Origin: Amoebophrya sp. A120
Lineage: Eukaryota > Protista > Dinoflagellata
DNA length: 64,000 nt
Assembly: GCA_905178155.1 (NCBI GenBank)
Contig: CAJINV010000001.1
Location: 9,073,865 to 9,137,864, forward strand
Direction: 5' to 3'
The notes below the pieces were generated by a model, which saw nothing but the letters and a program-made list of their open reading frames with translations, was not told where the DNA came from and did no database searches. The position numbers and the translations under genes are program-made. This document shows, in pieces, positions 57,501 to 64,000 of the stretch. The first letter of the stretch is position 1; each line of letters begins with the position of its first letter.

Positions 57501-60106
57501 CTGCGGGTCTCTCGGAGCGGCGTCCGGGCGCATCCATGGCAGACTGGGGGTCTACTTCAGCGGACCCCTCGTCCACGACGTCGGCTAGTAGCCAGTCGAT
57601 TTCTTGGTCCCGCACGTTCAGATTTGTTGACGGACCCGAACTCGTGAAGCTCGCTTCCGACGCGCGGTCGTCGTCAATATTGTTCTTGTTGTTCTCTTCG
57701 GCCGCCAGCTTTGATGCCCGGAGCCGCGCAGCCTCCTCGTCCGGCGCAGAGTCGAGCCGCGCGGACGCAATCGGCCCCGTTGTGAGATACGGCGGCGCAA
57801 CCAGCCGCTCATTGCGCATGAAGTTGACGCACCAGCGCCACGGCTCGAACATGTGATCGCCGTTGTCGCGGCGCAACACCTTCTCCTCGAAGAAGTGCTG
57901 CTGCGTGGCCCGGGCCACGAACCGGCGGTGGTCCCCCGTGTGGCGATCGCCCAACGCGTCTAATGCAGTGTCCGGTTGCCCGCACTTGGTGATCGTGTGG
58001 TCCACCAACGGGCGGCGGGAAAAAATGATTTCGTCGCTCACGTCCTTGTTCCGCCCGTTATCCAGCTGGTTGCTCGGATTCTTCAGCGCCCGCACCAGGG
58101 GCGGGAAGTCCGGGTTGTGGCAGCTGTAGTCGTGGTACCGGGCCGTGAAGGAGTCCACCATTTGGTGGAAGAACCTCAGGTCGGACTGGTACTTCTCCTC
58201 CCGCTTCGAATAGAACAGCTGCTTCGCGCGGCTGCGGAATTGCACGCCCTTTGTTCCCGCCGCGTTCGCGAAGAACTCCGGCGGCTCGGCCCCGGGCGTG
58301 ACGGCGACCATGTGGTCAAGCATGTCGGGACTGCTCACGTGCTCATCGTGAAGCTGTTCCGGGCCCATGCCCAGGTAGTAGCTCAGGTCGAAAACCGTCG
58401 AGAACCCCCGGCGGCGCACCGGGCCGGACGCCGGCGGCGCGGCCCCGCGGCTCCACCACGCGGCCAGCCCGGAGTACCAGGCCTGGGGATCGTCGGGGGG
58501 CGGGGACGACTCCACGCTGCCCTTCGACCACTTCCGGTGTTCCTCCATGGTCTGAAAGAAGTCGAGTCGTTGCTCCTCCCGCTGCACGGCGGTCTCCTGG
58601 AACCGGTCCTCCAGCCGGCTCAGCATGCGCCGCATGTCCCGGCTGTCACTCATCACGGGGTGGTAGGTGAAGACGAGTTCCACCACCTCGCAGTACACGA
58701 CCACGAGCGCCACGATATCCTGAGTAAAAACGTACCCACGCCAGAGTTGTAATGCAAATCTGCATGCTGAAAATGTTTCTCATGCGGAGCCCCATGAGAA
58801 GCATTTTCCAGTCGTGTTTTGCAATTTGTCATGCTCCAATCAGCATGGTAGGCTAGATCTGTGATGCTGCCGAGCTAGCTCAAGCAGCACTACACTACGA
58901 ATCCAAATTTGTCATGCAAAACAGCCAAAGCTTGTGGATTTGTCTAGCTGATTCATCCCCAACTTGACTCTGGTGTGGGTACGTTTTTACTCAGGATACA
59001 CGATCCCGAAGACGTAGTGCCGCCGCCAGTTGCGGTCGTCCCGCCGCATCAGCTTGCTCTTCGTGTTTGCCGTGTACGGAATCTCGTGCTTGAAGTCCCG
59101 GGGCGGCGCGTTCGCGAGGGATTGGAACAGTTTCACGCCGATGGCGAAAAACAGCATACCGAGCCCGAACAAGAGGAAGAACAGCACCATCACAAACGCG
59201 TCGTCGGCGGGGTGCCACCCGGGCAGCGCGTGCATGTGCCGGTGCGCCACGCGACTGAGGACCAGCCCGAACCCGAACATCAGCCCGGCGAGCGAACGGA
59301 CCATCAACCACAGCCGCCCGGCGTCGCGGAGCCGGCGCCGCTCCTCCTTGCCCTCGCTATGGATTGTAAAAATGTCTGGGTCTGGAAGATTCTGAGACTT
59401 GTCATGCACGTTTTGCATGGGCCATGACGTCTGTGATGCATGCCCTTGCATCACAGACTTTTTGAGGGCTCTGCGATGCCTATTCCGCATGGCAAATGCC
59501 CTCTCCGCGTAGCCAAAATTGCATTCCCTTTGCTGCTTATGCAATACAGATTTTTTTGGAATCCAAATGCAGCATCACAAGTTCGGACTCTTCCAGACCC
59601 AGACATTTTTACATTTGATACTCGCCGCGGCTGATCAACGCCCACCGGCTATCCTGAGTAAAAACGTACCCACACCAGAGTTGTAATGCAAATCTGCATG
59701 CTGAAAATGTTTCTCATGCGGAGCCCCATGAGAAGCATTTTCTAGTCGTGTTTTGCAATTAGCCATGCTCCAATCAGCATGGTATGCTAGATCTGTGATG
59801 CTGCTGAGCTAGCTCAAACAGCACTACACTACGAATCCAAATTTGTCATGCAAAACAGCCAAAACTTGTGGATTTGTCTAGCCGATTCCCCATCTTGACT
59901 CTGGTGTGGGTACGTTTTTACTCAGGATACCGGCCCTCGTCGTGGGTCCGGCCCGGAAGGAGCGGCACGGACACGCCCAGGGACTTTAGCAAGCTGTAGG
60001 GGGTGAGCCCCAGGTGGCGGTCGCCCCACATCATCCGGCCGGGGGAGTCGAACCCCCCGTCCGAATTCTCCGCGTCGTGCGCGTCTCGTAACGGGATGCT
60101 CGTCAT
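51549..60106 (-). CDS. Giant multi-pass membrane protein of unknown function (~2,350 aa), split by 5 introners and 1 GT-AG intron
   Basis: Join 60106-59930, 59644-59621, 59352-58999, 58710-57178, 56921-56870, 56591-56401, 56273-51549 = 7056 nt, in frame. TM segments near the N-terminus and at FRFACVLVFLVWCALV. Confidence 0.8.
56597..56869. mobile_element. Introner TIR element, family C (273 bp), TSD TGTAG
   Basis: TATCACAATGAAAAACGCCCCCACCCCCGAACTTG ... CAACTTTGGGGGTAGGGGCATTTTTCACGGTAATA; TGTAG at 56592-56596 and 56870-56874; removal restores CACYSHGIF. Confidence 0.9.
56927..57177. mobile_element. Introner TIR element, family A (251 bp), TSD GCGGA
   Basis: Family A TIRs; GCGGA at 56922-56926 and 57178-57182; removal restores PIIRVNPRKF. 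Confidence 0.95.
58716..58998. mobile_element. Introner TIR element, family B (283 bp), TSD CACGA
   Basis: ~32-bp TIR TATCCTGAGTAAAAACGTACCCAC(G/A)CCAGAGT; CACGA at 58711-58715 and 58999-59003; removal restores FGIVALVVV. Confidence 0.95.
59358..59620. mobile_element. Introner TIR element, family A (263 bp), TSD CTCGC
   Basis: Family A TIRs; CTCGC at 59353-59357 and 59621-59625; same subfamily as 37018-37279; removal restores SRGEGKEE. Confidence 0.95.
59650..59929. mobile_element. Introner TIR element, family B (280 bp), TSD CCGGC
   Basis: Perfect 32-bp TIR; CCGGC at 59645-59649 and 59930-59934; near-identical to 58716-58998; removal restores DEGRWALIS. Confidence 0.95.
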
Positions 60107-60902
60107 TTCGTCGTTTCAAACAAATATGCATGATTCAATGAAATTTCTCACGAAGGCAACATCAAAATTGATTTACATTCAAAAATTACAAATTAACACC
60201 CATTGCTGGTTACGATATGGAACTGATTGGTCAAAAGATAAATTTCAAACTTCTAGATTACTTATCACCAGTCTTGTCGTGGTCAAGAGCCTCCTCTAAA
60301 GGAGCCTTAGATAGGTCGACAGCATACTTTGCTGCAAAAAAATGGACGTGGAATGCACGTTCATAAAATGGTACAAGATCACAATGTTCACGCAGAGAAA
60401 CGAAAATAGAAAAACTAAAATCCGCAAACCGGCCTGCCTCAATTGCGAACGACCTTTCAGATATCGCTATTTTTCAAAACATTGCTACATGAAAAAACGC
60501 AACATGTACCGCATTCCAAAGTGCACAGCAATGGCACTCCACAGAAAAAATCAACAAAAAAGATGCCACCGCACGAAATGACAGAGATCGTGGCATCTTA
60601 CATTTTTGCGGATGCCTGTGCTCAAGCCACTGTCTCTGTCGTGCCTTTCGAAAAAAAGAATCAGGTAGTACACGCTCGCGCATGTCTAACATCCTCCATT
60701 TTGATGATCCGCTGCGAGAGCGACTGCTGCAGCTACAGAAGAGCTGGCATTTTGGTGGAATGTGAACACCTGCGCACCAGGATTTCACGCACGGAGGCTG
60801 ATGCAGCGAAGGTGAGAAGTGTTGCATGTTGCGCATTCTCAATCTATGTTGCGTTTGGAATCCATTTCGCAAGAGCGGGCAGAATTCTGGTACAAGACCC
60901 GA

Positions 60903-63900
60903 CTACACTTTACACCACATCTGGTCGAGCAGCGCGTCCGCAATGTGATTGGGAATACTGTCCAGAAACTGCTCGCTTTCGTCACAGAGTGCGGCCATCG
61001 CACCAGACAGAGGCAAGACGTCACGGCTGCAGAGCAGCGCTATGTGCTCGGCATTGCTGTAGACATGATTGTCCTCCTGCGGCCCCGCGACTTTCTTCTT
61101 CCTTGGAATAAGGTCAAGGACCAATCGCAGCCACGACTGACGCGTTTCGCAGCATAGTACGCGCATCGCATTCAGGTACATTGCGTCCGCTTCGAATATG
61201 CGTGGCACGGACAAGTGGGGGGTGAGTGCAGCTGACACCAGAGGCAATGAATCACTTTGTTGAAGCTGTTGCGCCGTGTTTTGTGCTAATGCTGGTTCTT
61301 TCACCGGATGGTGGGGCTGATGCTGCTCGGATATCCTACCACCTCCGTGCGCGACTGACCCCATATTCTGACCTGGTCGTTGCTTCGTTTCGTGCGACGT
61401 TGGTGTCTTGCTGCGACTTTTTCGTGCGGTTGCGTGGTACTCGAGCTGAAATGTCAAGGGACCAGTACTACTCGTGTCGAGGGAACTTCTACGCGGATGG
61501 GGCTGCGAGCTGGTCGTGTCGACAGCCGGATGATGTCGACCACGATTTTCACCTTCTTCATAAGAAGTAGCTCCACTTGAAGGACGAGCAAACGTCTCCC
61601 TCCGCAAGGTTCGCGCATAGCCCAGCGACGGCAACTGCATCTTTTGCGCAAGTCCTTTTCGCAGGATGGCTTTTCGCTCTTCCAGGCCTCGCTGATGGAA
61701 CTCGTGTGTCGGAATGCGCAGGGTCTGCAGCAGTGGGTGCGCTTCTACGTGCAGGCTTGTGGGATCCCCGCGCAGCAACTCCAACAAATTCGTCCGCAGT
61801 TCTGCCTCAACCCGACGTCGCTGCTCCGCCCGGGGGAGCGGGAACTCCCGGCGCACGATTGGTGATTTTTGCGAAAAACAACTTCCAGCAGCAGTACTGT
61901 TCTCAAACGCGTTCACACTTCCCGACTGCGGTTGCTGTTGAAGCAGCAGCGCATCGTAGAGCCGCGCACAGAAGCGAATGAGCGCACGCGGACTTTGATA
62001 GAATTTTTCCGAGCGATCCTGCGCGTTAGCAGATCGTTTTTTCTGCTGCCGTTCCGCACCTACCGCTGCACCGCCGGCGCTGTGGAGACGTGTACTTGAC
62101 GTGTCTTCGCGCACGTGCGGTTGCTCGGCGAGATTTGCATTGGCGTTACGCCCGTCTCCCGACGGAGAGCCTGCAGCAGCTGCAATCCGATCGGTTTGTT
62201 CTGACGTCTCGCTTTTCTCTGGTCCTCCTGCCAATGCCAAATTCCAGGGCAATACAAAAGGAAAGTGGTAGCAGGCCAGGTCTGCGTCGTCGCGACAGGC
62301 GCGCAAAAGACCGGCGTACTGGGCGGTGGTTTGCACGGGGTTGAAGCTCACCTTGATCTGTTCGGCCGCTTGCTGGATTTCGCTGTCATGCAGCTTAGCG
62401 AAGACCCACTTGCAGACGCGCCGCCAGCGCAGCCCGTTGGCACGGTAGGCAACGCGCAGGCACCGCTCTGGTGTCAGAAACGTTTCGCAGAAGTCCAAGG
62501 CGCGTCGTTCTGTCCACTGGTGGTCGGTTACTGTGAATGATTGGAGTGAAGGTTTTCTTTCCAAGGGAAATCTTTGTGTCATTCGCCATAATTCTCGCAA
62601 AAAGAGGAAACAAAGCCATCATAGAAAAAATTTCATTGCGGAAAAACAGTAAAAGTTCTACGGTAGTCTCGCCAAGACAAGTCCTCATCGTCGTCAGCTG
62701 CCTCCTCAAATCCGCGAGAACAGGACGACCTCGACACGCCTCCAGGACTGCGTTCTCTCGCGCCGAAGCTAGGCCACCCAGACGCCGCATAGCCACCTTT
62801 CTGCGAAAGTCCTACCGCACCTCGATCCGGTTCGTCGCAGCTCTCCCCCCGACAGCACAGGATCTCGAATGCAACCAGCCCCGTCTGCTCCACGAACGGC
62901 TCCCTCGGCTGGTCCTCGGTAAGTACGTAGTCGAGGTACCGCAGAGCTTGTTCCGCATACTGCACCGCGGCCTCTGAAACATCCCACACGCTGTCGCCCT
63001 GCGTCACTTGGTACACCTCCTCCGTCAGTAGGGGCGGGAAAACCCGCTGCCGTATGCGGGACAGGTAACGCGCGGAGAGTTGTTGCTTTTGTTTCAAGGT
63101 TGCGGAAGATCCTGACGGGTCGTGAATGGTCGCAGTGCCTGTTGGAGGATGTTTATCCCCGCTGTCCATGTCGGCTAAAGTACCGGTGGAGCTGTTATTC
63201 AAGTTCTCATCCTCCTTTGTGACGACGTCTCTGAGGTTTTGCGCACTGACGTTGCCGACACTGCGATCCGTCTTTTGCCTGCTCGCAGCTGCTGCACCCA
63301 GCGGGGGCACAACCCGGCGCAGTTTGCAGTACAGATCCCAGTTAAGGTCCTGGTCTGTGACTTCAACTGCGCCACTCCTGTCGCCTGTAGCAGCACCATC
63401 CCCGCTCCAATGATCCGCGTCCGCGCTGAGATTGAGACACACGCGCTGCTCGAGACAGTCGAACGCAACGGATTTCACCGGCGCGGGTCCCGCAAGAAGC
63501 GGAAAGTTTGTGAGCACGCGGGGGGGTTCCTGTTGACGCAGCTCCAAGCGCTCCACGAGCTGTTTGAACTCATCGGGCACGACAAGTTCCTCTTCAATTT
63601 CCTCGGCAAACGACGACGAGGTGCCTTCCCTCACCAGCACATCCGCGTCGTCCACGAGAATAACGTCGGCCGCCCCACCGCTTTCGATTGCTTTGTCTTC
63701 CCGAAAAGAACCGCCAGCGGTTGATTCTGTGTATGTCTCGAAAAAGTTCAGAAGGCATTCCAGGTCCGGCAACCCGAACGCGCCCGGGTGCCGCACGCAG
63801 TACTCGGCCAGAATTTTGGCGGAAACGGAATTTGCGATCACAGCCTCGCTGCGCAGACAAAACGTGCGCACAAACTCCTGCATCGCGCAACCGCTCGGGG

Positions 63901-64000
63901 GAATCAGAAAGACCTGCACCCCGTCGTTGTGAACCACGACCAGCTGCGACGCAAGGACTGGTGCTGGGAACAAATGGTCGGAAATTTTCACGTTCTCCGC
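60903..64000 (-). CDS. Hypothetical protein, 5' end outside the window
   Basis: ORFs 62633-63991 and 60903-62600 can be joined in frame by a 68-bp GT-AG intron at 62594-62661 (DYQLWRM); no family recognised. Confidence 0.6.

Noticed and set aside
18912-58752. Many long plus-strand ORFs (e.g. 18912-20192, 22342-23241, 45817-46701, 53649-54731, 57976-58752)
   Set aside because: They are antisense shadows of GC3-rich minus-strand genes, with no independent motifs.
7410-59645. Recurrent peptides such as KCKNVWVWK, QTQTFLHLI, PDPDIFTFD and MSGSG in short ORFs
   Set aside because: They are translations of the family A TIR, not a protein repeat family.
36310-59929. Repeated ~30-bp sequences resembling CRISPR repeats
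   Set aside because: They are dispersed inverted pairs with TSDs, not a direct-repeat/spacer array; the context is eukaryotic and there are no cas genes.

Overview
This is eukaryotic DNA, most likely from the parasitic syndinian dinoflagellate Amoebophrya. That assignment is inferred from gene organisation and intron type, not from a database hit. About 15 protein-coding genes all lie on the minus strand. Recognisable products are an hnRNP-U-like SPRY protein, an ELO fatty-acid elongase, a CMP-sialic acid synthetase, a PKA regulatory subunit, a PPR protein with a PAM2-like motif and an HIR/SPFH protein. There are also two paralogous 1,700-1,900 aa single-pass membrane proteins carrying a caspase-like (CHAT/clan CD) His-Cys motif pair. 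The dominant feature is 11 short (240-283 bp) TAT...ATA terminal-inverted-repeat (TIR) elements of three related families. Each has an exact 5-bp target-site duplication (TSD), lies inside coding sequence, and restores the reading frame when removed with one TSD copy, so they behave as introner-type introns with mostly non-canonical ends. A 3-kb island bracketed by a 15-bp direct repeat, containing a strong hairpin/pseudoknot, lies just upstream of one CHAT-like paralogue. Exon joins were reconstructed by hand and need RNA-seq confirmation.
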